Below are positions 37,989 through 52,379 of a stretch of 64,000 nt of DNA, one piece after another. The stretch is from Catajapyx aquilonaris (taxonomy: Eukaryota), in assembly GCA_000934665.2 (NCBI GenBank), contig JYFJ02001947.1, positions 1-64,000 on the forward strand, written 5' to 3'. Position 1 is the first letter of the stretch. Each line of letters starts with the position of its first letter. The position numbers were made by a program, and so were the translations under genes. The notes beneath the pieces are model-generated. The model was not told the origin of the DNA. It worked only from the letters and a program-made list of their open reading frames with translations, and ran no database searches.

Positions 37989-38796
37989 CGTATAATAAAA
38001 GAAACTAATACTATTGACAGTCATTAATTGTAAAAATTTCAAAAACAACTGCTTATAACAAAGAGCCTCGCGCACCGTAATCGATAACTGAAACTGACAT
38101 TTCAACTAGAACATGTTGCGTATTTAAGAGAAAAAACCCCACATCGTTCTAGCATTTTATGCACAGATCTGACTTGTGACAGACGGTCCAATAATTTGAA
38201 AGTTTTAATTTTTTTGGCCCGGTAACATGTGCAGTCCCTCCCCGCCCCGCGATTACTCCAGTTTTTAGTGCTTTTAAAAAATTGATGCGTTCTTTTTTAA
38301 TCATATTCTCTTTCACATCAGAATATAACGTTTGAACAAAATGCGGAAACATTTCCAGCAAAATATGCGCTGCTGGCAACGCAGAACAGCACTCGTATGC
38401 ACTCTAGTACTCTACTGTTGGAATTGCTGACATTTGATTTTTTAAAAATCCGCTAATTTAAGCCTGCAATTTCAATAATTAATTCCAGGAATTTAGTATA
38501 GTACTGGCACTTTATTTGATCAATTTCAAGAAGCGTATTATTGCGAGAGAACTCATTAGAGTTTAATTAAAATTTTGATGGTTTAAATGGGTCAAATACA
38601 CAGGATAGTGCAGTACGCTATTCATATACTGCTGCCCACAGATTAGAAAGGTCAATTATGATTCTGGCTTCTGCTTTACATCATGCCTCGGTTGTGCCAG
38701 GCCATACAGTATATAAAAGGCACATATTTCATCTCACAATTCAGACTCAGCCTTTCAATACATATCTGAATTTGTTGATTTTGGCAGTGTACAAAT

Positions 38797-39018
38797 GAGG
38801 GATGTGGTAGAAAAACTGGATAACCCACAAAAGTGGCATTTTTCAAGAGAGTGAATTGAAGTTTGCACTCTCTTCACATTGATATAGTCCGTGTGGTCGT
38901 CTCATGCATGATACGTGAACTTTGAGCATACCAAACTGTTAGTCATGTCTTTTACATAGTTACTATAGGTGTTCAGGCCAATAATGACAAAAATGGCAGT
39001 TTTTCTACCACACCCCTC
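38797..39018. mobile_element. Sola-like MITE (GAG...CTC termini, 4-bp TSD)
   Basis: TIRs GAGGGATGTGGTAGAAAAACTG / CAGTTTTTCTACCACACCCCTC with AAAT duplicated on both sides. The superfamily call rests only on TSD length and termini. Confidence 0.7.
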
Positions 39019-41407
39019 AAATAATCTTAGTCATGTTTACAAGCATATAATATCAGCACTCTACATCAGTGCCAAGTAAGCAATATTACCATCAATCACT
39101 CTGAAAAAGTGTCAGTTCTCCTACCCAAAACCGTAAAACCCTTAAACCTATTGGGTCATTGTCCTAGGAACCCTTGGGCCATACGGTATTGGCAAACGAA
39201 TTTTCCGGTTACGAATCGACTCCAATGAGCCCCCGGAAATTCTCCTCAGGACAGGCAATCTTTAGGGCCAGGTGAAGAATTCTCGTCACGCATGTCATCT
39301 CTCAGGATGGAAAGGAGACCAGAGGATTACACAAGTTTTGGCAGCCGCTTTCTCGGTGACATAGGCGACAACTGGGTGTGAAATTAAGTACCCGCCATTA
39401 AATATTCATAAGTTGTTTGTTTTTTTCTCGTAGATCTTTCGCAGCATCTGGTTCGTGCCTGGCTTTGTTTGGACGCGTCCCAAATAAATTACCGGCTTCC
39501 AGATGATAATTGAATCGTTGTCATCTTGTGACGGGGGCCCATTAATTACCCTGGGATCAAAATGCAGGGGGGTTTTACATCGATAAATCAATGGCCACCT
39601 TTGTCGTTGTTGGATTGTTTGTTGTTTCGCCCATACCGTAACAGATTACTGTCATTATTCGTACAAATTATATGGACAGTAGAAGGGAGAATGACCAGGG
39701 TGGACATTATGGTCAGTTTGCTGTTTGAGTTAGGTCGTGACGACAACGAAAGACAACGACTTTCCGGCCCTTTTCCCGGGCGAATACAGTGCATGACGGC
39801 ATGCAATTGTTAATATTTTAGCTAGGCAATATTGAGAGCCATTTGAGGACAAAAAGTAGAAAATATTCTCGTCCCCCTATACGTATTAGTTGGCCAAAAA
39901 AGTTTAGCGTACCGGTATGTTATGTCTCGACTTATCGTGAAACATATTTTGAGCTCAACATATTACATAAAATACTCAAATTCAAAAGTCGTTTTGAAAC
40001 TCCCACATTGAAAAAATGGGTATATTATACAGACAGAGAGTGTACTGTATACAGAACCACGGTCGTATATGAATAATCGTTGGTATCATAATTATTCTGC
40101 ACGCAAGAGCGTTGGAGAGGAAACTAAAAGTGTAGTTTACGAATATCTGATGTCACACAATAGTGACTTTTGATCTCGACTGATTCCAAGGTGGTTGCCA
40201 AGAGGCAACCATGTGACAATGGCATGTGTCCGCACGAAAAAAATAATTGATTCTGGGAGTTACTCAATAGGCATTCCCAACGATGGCGTGTCATGAACAT
40301 TGAACACCTCTCACAAGTTCTTCTCTGTAATTACAGAGTACATTACAGTACGAACATAAGAGTTCTTATGAAATATTGACTAAAGATATATCTATCACGT
40401 GTCAGAGATTTCATAATAAATCTACCTTATTTTATTCGCTTGCGTAGGGGGTGGCACGGGCGGTGGTGATGAAGTTGATGATGATACACATATTCCCTCA
40501 ATGGCAGGCTTATGTCTATGTGTTACAATGAGCAAGACAGTAATGTTTGTCGTATTGACATTGGCATATAAATTACAAAGCACAAATAATGCTCCACAAT
40601 CTGTTATAAAAGACCTCATCAGATTCGTAATGTTCAGAGTCACATTTTCATCAAAATCCATTTTTCAAACGCTCATTCACTCTCATAGGATCAGCGCATG
40701 AGCAGATAAATAATCGGCGAAAAAAGGGTCAAAAACATTATAAAAGCCCGGTGTTGACCATTGTGGGTCATCCCTTCCCTGGTCAGAGCACAAGGGAAGA
40801 GCTTATCCGGTCATGCAGGCTGATAATAGGGAATTATGAAGCCAACTTGTGGGAAAGCGACCGATCGGCTAGGCGATTGCTTTTGCGGGGGTTTCGCCAG
40901 GTATAAGCTCATAGAAAGGGCAAATGATTATTAATCCCTGCTAACAGCCTATACCTTGCGCTTGTATGCTTTCTGAGGGAAAAATCTCTTTGTGAGGATG
41001 ACAACAAAAGGCAGCTAGGAAGATACAACGCGCCGCACATTTCGGGTCATTTTGTCTCTCTTTCCGGGGCCAGAAAACACTCCCTTAAGCCGTAAAATTG
41101 GGCCTCCGATATGCTTTCCATTGAATCTACATATTATCAGCCAATATCTTTGATGGCCTGTAAAAGTCAATGTTCCAAAGTAACTGCTTAATTAACGGTT
41201 TAGTGCCAAAAAAAATCGCTTACAACTAAGGACATTTCAATGGGAACATCCTGTATAAGAGCAAAAACATTCCCCTCAGTGAAAAAAGGGTAGTAAGACC
41301 TCCGTGGCTGAATGAAAGTACTGAAACAAGGCAGGCGCACGTAAGACCTTCACCAATGGATTTAAGCTGTAGCCTACCATTGGTCTTACTCAAGCAATTT
41401 CCAATTT

Positions 41408-41575
41408 AGTGCTCATGAAGTCTCCTTTCTGAAAACAATTTGTGAAATTCTCGTTATACTACTATAGTTACTTCTAGCTTAGCAGCACCAGTGTAGTGCA
41501 ATGGTACTGCTAGCAGTAACTATAGTTACTAGTAGTACGACGAAAATTCCACCCATTAATTTTGCACGAGCCACT
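41408..41575. mobile_element. Hairpin MITE related to 54816-54918
   Basis: Central palindrome ...actactatagttact...agtaactatagttactagtagt. Shares the gctcatgaa lead-in and gaaaattc arms with the 54.8-kb copy. Confidence 0.55.
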
Positions 41576-41725
41576 CCATATAGCCTACGAGTGTTTTCTG
41601 AAATTAGGAACTTCAATATTAAGCACATTGAATTTCTATGCGATTGGTGCGAATTTATTGCCATGAAAATTTGGAAGCTCTACCTGCAGCAGAACTTGAG
41701 TTAGGGCAAATAAAAAAAACGTAAC

Positions 41726-41769
41726 AAGAAGAAGAAGAAGAAGAAGAAGAAGAAGAAGAAGAAGAAGAA

Positions 41770-41835
<66 letters not shown>
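41726..41835. repeat. Compound microsatellite (AAG)n(ATG)n
   Basis: Read directly from the sequence. Confidence 0.97.
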
Positions 41836-44543
41836 ATAGGAAAATTTCATTGTTGAAATGCTACGTTACGGTCTTACTTAGGGGCTACCACCCCTAAAAT
41901 ATCTTGAGTTAATAATTTTAATGCTACATATAATAGTTTAAAAACTATCCATGCTAAGTTGTTATTAACCATTTTATTGTGTCTGTGTAAGCCTTTAACT
42001 GCAACGCATGGTTATGATATTGCTTCATTTCCGTCCCTTAATACTCTTGTCAAATTTTCGCTTACCATTTGCATACATTCGAGACGAATTTTTTGGCACA
42101 TCATGCAGCAGTTCAGGAATCCGGTGCGTATATTACAAAGGGTGCTTTAAAATCATCTTCGGTAAGGGTTAATTCTCAAGTTGGCACTATTGCATAAGGT
42201 TCGCGCATGCTTTAGGAGCTGCCTGAAGAGTTCATTCCGGTTCATTCTGCCTTTCAGCCAAGAGTTTCCAACATGACTAACTTTCAATACCGAACGATAT
42301 ATTTCTACATTTATTAGGCTATGTGGGTTTTATTGTACCTTATAGACATCATGCATAATAATTTACTATAGTGTATAGGCTACTAATGATAATAATGGCA
42401 GAATGCAGAATTCTACCTGTGCTGTAATCCTGTGAGTGCTACTATACTTGAGGAATACTCTTCACTAGCCACAGCAGGTGGGGAATGTGCTACAGGTAGT
42501 GGCACTCACAGGATATACCAAAAATCGGGTGCTCGCAAACATACGAGTATTCAGCCTGAGCGGCGTGGCGCGGTGGTACTAAAGGTAGAGTATTGTCACG
42601 GTAGGTCACAAATATTATCATTCGTTGATTTAATGGGCTACCGGTATAGTATGTTATCAAACACTTTGATGTGGGTGCAAACTTTTCGGGTCTTTAATAA
42701 TATTGTGAATAATGGATATGAACAAAAAATCCCAGAAGTACTAGCCTACATGGGAAAAGTCGATAAGTTTAATACGATATTAACAAGACGGATATAACCG
42801 TTAATCACATGTTGTAGTAACACGATAAACTTTTTTATTTTAATATTTTTTATTTTAGTTACCCCGTGATAACCTTTACAGTATAACACGAGAAACTATA
42901 CCGTATATTAAAGGCTGCTGGTGACCTTTCAAAAGATCGCCAATAATAAGGCTAATTTACACTGCATTCACTGCCATTACTATTATAGTAGAAAGACAAA
43001 GTAACTCTAATGAAGTAAAACTATCATCATGCATACAGCCGCATTACCTTACGACTTCTGACAAATTGATATCCACCCATTGCCACGAGCTACTGCAATA
43101 TTCAAGCGCAGCTCCCATCGTAGTTTTCTCTTCAGTAAATCAGCATAATTACTCTAAAATCTGGCAGTATTATATTTTCCGTTGATTATTAGAGAGCACG
43201 TTTCAACACTTGCATGTTGCGCAATCTGAAGTAGGCCAGAGGGACGCAGACAGACATTAGACAGGATGAGTGGTGTGCACAAGGGGCAAACCTGCACGAA
43301 ATTGCCATTTGTAACTCGATGAATTGTGCATACATTCTCCATTATACGATTTATGAAGGTCTAGTTTTCAGCCCAGTCAGTGTAACGCAATCAATTCATT
43401 ATACTACTACGTTACCTATGTGGAAGGACACACCAATAATTATGATTTCGGTATATCAGATGACTGTAAGCATGAGTGATGAATAGGATAATTTGTGGCA
43501 GCATATTGTGTGGGGAATAAAAGGCGACCCTGGTAACGTACCTTCGAAATGTGACCTTTCGCTAAACTTAATACGAAGAGTAAAGGCTAACGAGCTTTGG
43601 TTTCAAGCGCAATAGCTTTCTCTTTTATAACATCCTCGTTCAGCACCAGAGCGATTTTTCTACATTCAAAATTTATGCACTACAGGCTCCAGATTATTTC
43701 GTGTCTTTAGCATTCTGATCGTTACACAGTATCGCATTTGCATATTTTCATGCATGATTAATGATTTTTCCTTCCCAAATACGCACAGTACAAAAAGAAC
43801 TAGAATATACCCTACTAAACCACAAAGACGTCAGGACAAAGGTTGCTGAGTATATATTGAATATTGCCTCAGACATGCAGAAATAGATTCCTGTTTGCCG
43901 GTACAGAAAATAAGTTTTCCTCAGTAGTATCCAGGGTCTGCTATATGTAGACAAATTTCACTGTATAATGTTACTTTGGGAAATGGAAACGGCTAGAATT
44001 ATCAGGAAGTAACATCACCTAGCTAATGATTAGGTTCTAATTATTATCAATAGTACAATAGATAAAGGCACTATCGGGATGTGCACTCCTCATATTTCCG
44101 AGATCGAGTGGCAGCACTAGCCATATTTTATTTCACACAATATGCACTGTACCAACATGCCTAACATGCCACCATTTTATTATGTAGGGCTGGATCTATG
44201 CAATAAGCCAAACAAGTGAGATACTCGTGATTTTGGCTTCTAGAAATGACAAAGGTTTTAAACAGGAGAATGATTGAAATTTTCGCAGGTAATTAGACAC
44301 TTGATATGTTGTTATACGCATGTCTGTGTCACAAAAACTCATTATTACACGTTCTTACGATTGTCATGAAACCATTCTCCTATACTCTTCTGTCCATGGC
44401 ACTCAGGCAGTCCTCTCACTAGCTGTCTAGTATAATGATGCAAACCTTGAACTTTCCCTTTGTGTGAATTCGTCTTCTTTCCCTACAGGATTCTCAAGGC
44501 TTATTCCTGTCGCAAACAAAATAGCCAAAGAGAAAGAACTGAC

Positions 44544-44859
44544 CTTCCAGGTTGACACAGAGCGTCCAGACGCCGCCTCTCATGGGCGCCAAAAAGAACG
44601 CCATCGTGACATCCCGCCGGCCCCTCCGGTGGGCCGTGTCGCCTGCTGACAGCCTCTGGATCGACACTTTAGCCACTCGTTCGTCCAACAGCCACTCCAC
44701 TTTGTGAGTCCTACTGTTTTTGGCCTCAGTGGCATTCACTTTCCGCCGGTCGTACACCAGCACTTCCCAAGAGTCGGTGAAGATGGCGGCCACCAACATG
44801 GCTGTGGCCGCAGCAGTTGCTAGGAGTGTCACAGTCAGGAACAGTACGCTGGGCTGCAT
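44544..44859 (-). CDS. Claudin/PMP-22 superfamily tetraspan membrane protein, coding exon 1 (ATG, TM1, most of extracellular loop 1)
   Basis: Encodes MQPSVLFLTVTLLATAAATAMLVAAIFTDSW...GGVWTLCVNLE: a hydrophobic TM1 followed by TDxW and the claudin-family G[LV]WxxC signature. The acceptor tttcag|GTGAAGGCGAAATG puts the exon start at 44870. The donor GAAG|gtcagt is at 44543. Coding length 316 nt, phase 1. Confidence 0.93.
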
Positions 44860-45789
44860 TTCGCCTTCACCTGAAATTTAAGAGTAGCATGATACACAAA
44901 AGTATCAAAAAATACCAGTTCCGGCGACAGTTTAAGAAATGGTGTAATAATGCTTATGCAAGTGCACAGGTAGTTCTAAAGTGTATACGTGACATGGTCT
45001 GTGGGCGTTATGAGCTCCTTGGTAATGTAATGAAGACTTGAAATGCAGTACGATCTATCATATTTATGTTAATATTGACGTAGAAATTGTTTAATAAGGC
45101 CCTCGAAGGATACTTTCTGAGGGTAAAATGCGGTCAAATCATATTTATCCCTGAGAAATTTTAGCTGTCTAGAGATTTTTGAACAAAATTTATCCCACAA
45201 GGGATAATGTAGTTTTCAAACCCCTCATATATACCGAAATCAGTAGAGTGTGACCCATCTTTCTGCATTTCATGTCTTCAAATGTAATACATACACATGA
45301 CATCGAAATATCCCATGAACTGAACCCCTGAACGCCAGAGGGAAAAAAACTCGATTTTACTTGCCTTAAAAATGTGGTCAACATATATACCGTAAATGCT
45401 GTACTACCCGAGTTTCTTTGTTGATCTGAGCACGTCTTCATAGCTTATTGGGCAGATCTATTTCTCTCGGCGTTCCTGCGCCAACCTCTCTCACACAATA
45501 ATGAACTATCTACGTGTAATTAAGCCTCGTGAATTATAGGCTGAAGTTACGAATTAATCCAGCCAGTGCGGCGCAGACAAGATTACGAAGCCGTCAAGAC
45601 TATTAGGGAAACGCCCCGTTCTGAGTTCAGTTTGTACAAGATATCTTCTTTCTGCAAATTAGTCATTCCATGCCAGCCAATAAGCCCCAAATAAAAAAAG
45701 TTTGTCTTTCCTTTGATTTACATATAGTATTTTGGAGTTTGCGCGTAGGTCTGCCTTTTGGGGGATCATCTTTTAAACATCCGACTTTA

Positions 45790-45960
45790 TTTAATGACTA
45801 CGGTGCTGACGGATTTTGAGTGTGGGAGGAAGTGGTAGAACCACCAGAAAACCCACATGTGCACAAAGAGAACCAATTGGCACTGTTTCCACAGAAGAAA
45901 TCCTTTTTCCGATTCGGGGATCGAACTCGGAGCCTCAGAGCCACTATACACCATGTCGCC
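45790..45960 (-). mobile_element. Old tRNA-SINE with a V-domain-like core
   Basis: The minus strand has a B box GAGTTCGATCCCC, then tgtgggttttctggtggttctaccacttcctcccacactcaaaa. This resembles the V-SINE core GTGGGTTTCCTCCGGGTGCTCCGGTTTCCTCCCACA as I recall it. Confidence 0.55.
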
Positions 45961-47482
45961 CTCCTATCCGAATTTACACGCTATACCAGCAGCCAAAAAG
46001 CGGAGCATAATGGTAGGCTAATCCTTAAAAAAAATTCAGATTAAAACAAAACACCGCCGCACCCTGGGGTAAGGATCGGCTAGTGATTTATTGACTTCCA
46101 CTTCCAAAGCTTCGAAAAACACAGCAGTAAGCTGATTAATCAGGCAGCTTATTAAGCTTGCTTGCAACTTGGCACAATGCAGCACAGTCGTTGAAAAGTT
46201 CAACTTATTAAATTGCTCGATTAAAACTTTCTAGAGAAACTTACAAAATGCATGGCGGGCAGCGAAAATGCATCACGATAAGCAAATGAATTTATATTTC
46301 CGAGTCACTAATTTCGTACTGAGCGGCGCAATTTACACAATCGATCCTGGCACATGAAGCTATTTAAAAGGATAACGCCGACCAAACGCGTGTGTTTGCG
46401 TTCTTGGACTATCAGGAGGACAAAACAATGTGTGTGACATGCCAATCTTCCCTCATGCACATGCTGCCTCTGCCCCCACGACACGAACTCAAATTACTCA
46501 AGCCAGGATATAACGTATAAGAGGTCAGATATGCCTCGGTAAATGGTCATGGAAATGACTGTAATATTCCGAGCTTCAGGAAACTCCACAGTCCAGTTTC
46601 ACCGGTCCAAATAAACAGCTGGATATTAATATTAGATATGAAGGTGTGAGAGCCACAGGTTCACTGCCTGCTTGGAAAATGCCAGAACATTCAAACCGAG
46701 GCCCTCTCACGAAACTCAGCCCCGGAAGCAATGAAGTGACGTCAGCGTTAAGGCATGACCTTTGTAAAGCCCCATTTTTAGGAGCTGAAATAAGGGGAGT
46801 GCGCAACAATGCTTGTCTCACAGTATTGACACAATCATATTCGACTACAACATGTTTTAGATATCTTCTCTTCTCATAATTACTTCGGGAAAAAATGTTG
46901 AAAAACCAATCAAATCATGCTCACAGTGCAGAAGTGCTCGCTTCTTATTCGTACAGCTTGCACTATTCTAAGTCTGTTGAATCCTGTCCTCCAATTCATA
47001 GAGGGCACTTTTCAAGCATACGAGCCCGCCTGCATTGAATCATTTCCCATTTACATTCCAGCAAATAGGATCGCTGTATTTGTGGAGCAGGTGGACACAA
47101 GGTCACTTATCTATCGATTGTACAAAATGAGATAATGCTATCAATGTTTTCATCTGGGTAGATCACGTCATCTCAAGCAATTTAACTTACAGTACATTCA
47201 AAAGGGGACGTCCCAGCTCTGCTGTATACTGTACCTAGTAGTAAACTGCGCAATAATTTCGTTTTGTCCATGCAAGTAATAGCTCTTGACAATACAGAAA
47301 AATTAAACAAAATGCCTGTGACTTTTTAAATGTAGTCTATTGTAAGAAAGCAATTGAAAACAATGCTATGCATCAACTTGTCTGCCAGTTAATCTTACTC
47401 GTATTATTTAATAATCCCAGCACCGAGATATTTGCTAAATGAAGCCCGTCATTATTATGGTTTTTATGAATCAAACGTTGCA

Positions 47483-47823
47483 GGGGAGGTGTGGTGGCCG
47501 TGATGGGAACGTCTCGGCTTGCTGTGTGAAAGGCCCCAGGTTCGATCCCCGCCTGGGGAACTTTCCTTTCACCTGCGTCAGGAGGGTCTCTGACCTGCAC
47601 CAAGGAGGTGTCTGGCAACCTAACCTCCTGGGGAACAGCACATGACCCCTTGACAGATCTTGCACTTGCACCTATGTTCCCTCCCCAAAAAATCCCTACC
47701 CCTACCCTACATCCTTGTCTCCTTGCACCGGTGTATGAAGTTAATTCAGAAAATGGAGTGAAATGGTGGTATTCCACCCCCCTAAAAAGGCTCAGCCTTA
47801 TCACGGGGTAACGTAAAAAAAAA
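47483..47823 (+). mobile_element. tRNA-derived SINE family B (tRNA-Ala-like head), tail type 2
   Basis: A box TGGCCGTGATGG and B box GGTTCGATCCC. Perfect 17-bp TSD atgaatcaaacgttgca (47466-47482, 47824-47840). Ends in an oligo-A. Confidence 0.92.
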
Positions 47824-49082
47824 ATGAATCAAACGTTGCATAATAGTCGTACAATGGGCCATATAAAAGGTTTCCAGCACCAAATGGCCCCTATCCATCA
47901 TAAATGAGATTGGATGGTTACTTGGGCCAAAGGGCACATACCGTACATATCATCGGTTACAGGAAAATCATAGGCATCAGCACATTTGCTCAACTGTCAA
48001 TTTCATCAATGTCAGAATCAGCCAAATTGTGAATTTTAATGTCATTCTGTCTTGTGGAATTCATCTAAGTTGATTGCCATTCCTTCCAAACTTCTAGAGA
48101 GGATACGTGACCTTTTGCTCAATTGCTCTTCATCTGTCCATGCGGCTAAGATGCCGATCGCGAAAAGTCCCTGTAACTTTGGTGCAAGAAATCGAAGGCA
48201 AGGCAAAGTGTCCTTCAACCGAACGAGTAGCCCGTGGCTTCCTTACATCTAGGGACTTGGACAGCACAAAGAAGAGCACAAAGGCGGTCCAGGTGTGCTG
48301 CCAATGGTATTCCCATGTACGCAATTACGCGGATGGCTCCTCTGCACCGTCGATACTTGACCTTATTTTTGCCCCCTATCCACACATCCGCCATTGATCG
48401 TAAGTGGAGGTGGTGGTGGAGCTGGCTCTACTGCATGGTATAGAGGCCCCAAAGCTATATGTAAAGGACCTCGGTGTTGGTTGGTGTGTCAGGTGGCAGT
48501 GTAGGTCCCACAGTGCAATGCGGTGGAAACACGATTGCAGATAGATGCCAAGGCGCTCCGTCGACCGCTCTCACACAAAATCGATCTTTCTATCAATGGA
48601 CAAGCTTCCTGACATTACACCAACGCCCCACCGAAACCTTCAACTTTCATTACGTCGACTCGTGACATTATTCCACCTCTACACATTTCATATTACCAAA
48701 AAGACATGGAGTGGTGAGACTGATATTATATAATCCGTCATCTTTCTAACTCGAATTAATTCAGACGAAATGATCAATATGTGAGAAGGCCTGACAGAAA
48801 GTGACATAGTACTCATAGGCATGCTGTGCTTTATGGTAGAATCCATACCTAGAGAGTATGTTAAACAGACTAACAAAAAGTGTGAATAAAACCAGGTTAG
48901 TAGTGAAGAAATTGTTGGTGTCTTTAGCCAAGTTTTGATGAAGGCCATTCGACTGGCTTTATGGATTCAGTACTACAGTTCGGCAATAACTTGACGGGAG
49001 TTACCGTTTGGCATTAAGCCTAAACCAGAAAGTCAACCCTTATCGCTAAATCGCTGCTGAACGTAACTTTTAAATATTTAAA

Positions 49083-49141
<59 letters not shown>

Positions 49142-49172
49142 CCAACAACAACAACAACAACAACAACAACAA
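49083..49172. repeat. Compound microsatellite (ATG)19-ATC-(CAA)10
   Basis: Read directly from the sequence. It produces the poly-M/poly-Q ORF in the track. Confidence 0.97.
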
Positions 49173-49329
49173 CGTCATTCCCTTTCACCAAGTCATTGTA
49201 CTCACCTAAGACCCATAAATAAACGGAATTTTTCCTTTAATCAGCAATTCTTCAGGACATGTCCGCATACCTTGACCACATTATCATGTTTACCAGAAAT
49301 ATTCGGATTTCAGTTGTAAAAACAGTGGC

Positions 49330-50150
49330 ACAGCTGTATAATATATGCAACTCTACGTAGAGTTAGGCCGATATTTTTCGTGACCAATTAATGCATAACA
49401 TCCAATTTGATGATGTGCCACATCATTCATTTCTTGCTAGAGCAGAAACATTTTTCACAATCACTCAATGTCTCATGCATATGTATACCCTCAGAGATGT
49501 GTCACTCATACTGTTTAATTTCATGCTCATGCGATCAGTTCATCATCTAATGGCCATACCTGTAATTTTACGGAAATGTTGAATTTCCTTCACAGGTGAA
49601 GTGCTGTCTCACATCATTTCAAATATTCTTAGACCGAGCAGCATTATGACTCCTAATCTTCTTCCGGAACAGTTGCAACTTTCGCCAAGACCTTTGACCC
49701 AAGAGCCCAGTTACATCACAGAAATAAAACTGTGGCCCATATCGCGATCAAATTTCTTCCGCTTGTTCCGCATTGCCTGCATCAGGGTCTGCACCATGCC
49801 CATAAAATGCCTCTATCTTCTTCGGGTTTAACACTCTATAAATAAATTCCAGTCCTTGCCTCAGTTCTTCATTCAATCAGAGTCCATCTGAAAAGAGAGG
49901 TTTTATCACTTCATGACTCTTTGTGATAATTCCCGAGTCGATAATCCTTCAAGAGAGTGAAACGGCATGAACTATACTCCACGCCCCCTGCATGAACAGG
50001 GTGATTCAGAACTCCAGGTCAATATCCCACCAGTGTTCTTGACTGCTATAGAAGTGCTGCGATTCGATGTAACAACCACTTCACCTACTATTCCCACTCT
50101 CATAGGACAGATGTCATTCTTTTGTCACAGATCATTGGTGCCTCAATAAC
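49330..50150 (-). mobile_element. Decayed RTE-like LINE 3' fragment
   Basis: The minus strand has KKIEAF..(W)C at about 49790-49825, like the RTE KIEAFEMWCxRR block, and remnants of a downstream GRP...W...A..R..W block. Many stops and frameshifts. Confidence 0.4.
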
Positions 50151-52379
50151 ATGATCAATTACGAGGGTAAAGCCTTTAAAAAAGGAGCACAAAGTGAGGC
50201 AAACTTGTCTTATAATATAAAATACGTAAAATATATTGATTTTTCACTGATTTATTTATCTATTCCATTTTATTTCGTAGAACAACTTAAAATATTGTTA
50301 CAATATGGAATGAGCCAAGGGTGAAGCAGACTTGGCTGAAAGCGACACCTTTTCACTGGAGTGAAATAACTGGAAAAATCTGCTTGCCACTGGCAATTTT
50401 TTAAAAAAAATATCATGAAACTTGGCTGCTGCAAAACAGATTTTACCAACTATTTTGCTCCAGTGGAAATCGGGCCTTGCACGCCCCACCGCGTCGGGTG
50501 GAAGAGGATGCTCTCACAACCCGGCTAACAGGAAAGAAATCCCTTTACTTGTTATATTGCGGCTGCGCCCGGTTAGATGCCGCTAACCTCCCTGGCAACA
50601 CATGATATTAATGGTTTCCGCACAAGATAGTGTATACGATCCACTATTGGCATATGGAGGTCACTATGGCCAATCATAAGAGAAAATAAAAACATGCGCG
50701 ACTAATAATTATTATTGTATGGGTGTGTCCAATGGCAAGAAAATGTTTAGGTCCGCACTTTGCAAGAAACATTGTTTTCATAGTTTTCAAGAAAAGTCGT
50801 CGAACTTAGTAGCTGAACAAAGTATGGTCGTCTCCATTAGTTAGTCCATTTTAAACTACAGTGAGCTATCATAAGGGAAGGGACGGGGCCATAAATGAGT
50901 AGATTATGGAAAGGAACTTGCAGAGTTCTTGCATTGCATACAAAACTCTAGTCTCACATGAGAGAGCGCAAGTGGAATATGGAGCTTTGGAATCGATCAC
51001 TTTATATGGCCATTCTTTATATTTATTTCAGAAGATTTCACATAGTGTTATATATAGCAGCGGCAAAATTCTTAACGCCTGCATATGTTCATGAGAAGCA
51101 ATATTGTACGTAACAAAAATTACATAATAGTGTGTCGATTATTCGAAAAGTTTCATCTAGTGTAGAAAGCGTTTGGGTGATAATTGACCATTTCAAATGA
51201 AATAACCAGATGGCATGAATAGAACGATTCATTTCCCGACGAAATTCACTTTACTGGAAATTGTCCCTTGAAAGCCTTTTCGTCTTTGAGACACTTCTAG
51301 TGTCAGGTATGACATCGCACATAACTTTTCCACTAAAAAAAAAAACTCATTATATGGAAGCACTTTCCCACTCCGCATCAAAGTTTTCAGCTTCGCGTGG
51401 TAGGAGGGAAAAAATCAGTTCACTAAACTTTCCCTATTTTATCGAGAGCTCCCAGCTTTTCTTTTTCTAAGGAGTTCTAACAGTTTTCCTCCAGCCTATA
51501 GATAAGTGTGAATTCCATTTTGTGATGTTTCGCAAACTTACAGACACCCAGCGCCGCAGTTCGTCCTCTTTCCTTTTTCCTTGTACAGTATATCCAAATT
51601 GCTGAGGGGTACCTTGTGTTATTATAAGTACGAGTATGACTTCTCATCATGAGCATTACTGTATAATTAATGTTCCTACCACTTTTTATAATATGAAATT
51701 TTTATAATCTACACTAATATTGCAGCGCAATGAAAAGACAAAATTAAATTCTGCGTGAAAACATATTATCCATTTTATTTTTGAGAAGACTTTTGCATGT
51801 GATTTTGGAAACTTCTCTTTCGTGTCAACTCCTTCGCGAGCCCATCTAGATTTTTTCACGTTCATCACGCGATTATAAGTTTTTTTTTCGCCCACTCACA
51901 CAGTCCATTAGTCCCTTGCATTCATGCCCTTCCCGTAATATTATGAAGCCCAGAAATGTGCACACTCCTCATTTTTGATATGACCTGCAATGACCTTTCC
52001 AATACCGCCTATCACGCAACGCCTATAGAAGCCGGTATGAAACAATACTACGGGATATAGAGTGTCTCTTCAAACTCACTGTTCTGGCAACTTATTGCGA
52101 CAGATACCAGGGCTTCTTAGAAAAGTCCTTCTCACATCTCCCACTTTTTACAGTTCCTATTGATTACAGTCATTCGAGACCGAATGCCGTTCCGGAACAA
52201 GGGAAAAGGAGGACATATATATTGCCATCTTCAACCTCTTTGGTCACATGGGATTCATATAAATAATGCGACTTGAATTCTTCGAAATGGCAGATCTATT
52301 TACTGCCGCCATTATTCTACCCAATACAGTCAATATTCGAGATAACTACGACGCGACATCTTACAGTACAGCGCAGCGT

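Noticed and set aside
37817..38008. Poly-Ile/Val hydrophobic ORF
   Set aside because: It is a translation of the (ATT)n(GTT)n microsatellite.
49083..49319. Poly-Met/poly-Gln ORF
   Set aside because: It is a translation of the (ATG)n(CAA)n microsatellite, with no splice or homology support.
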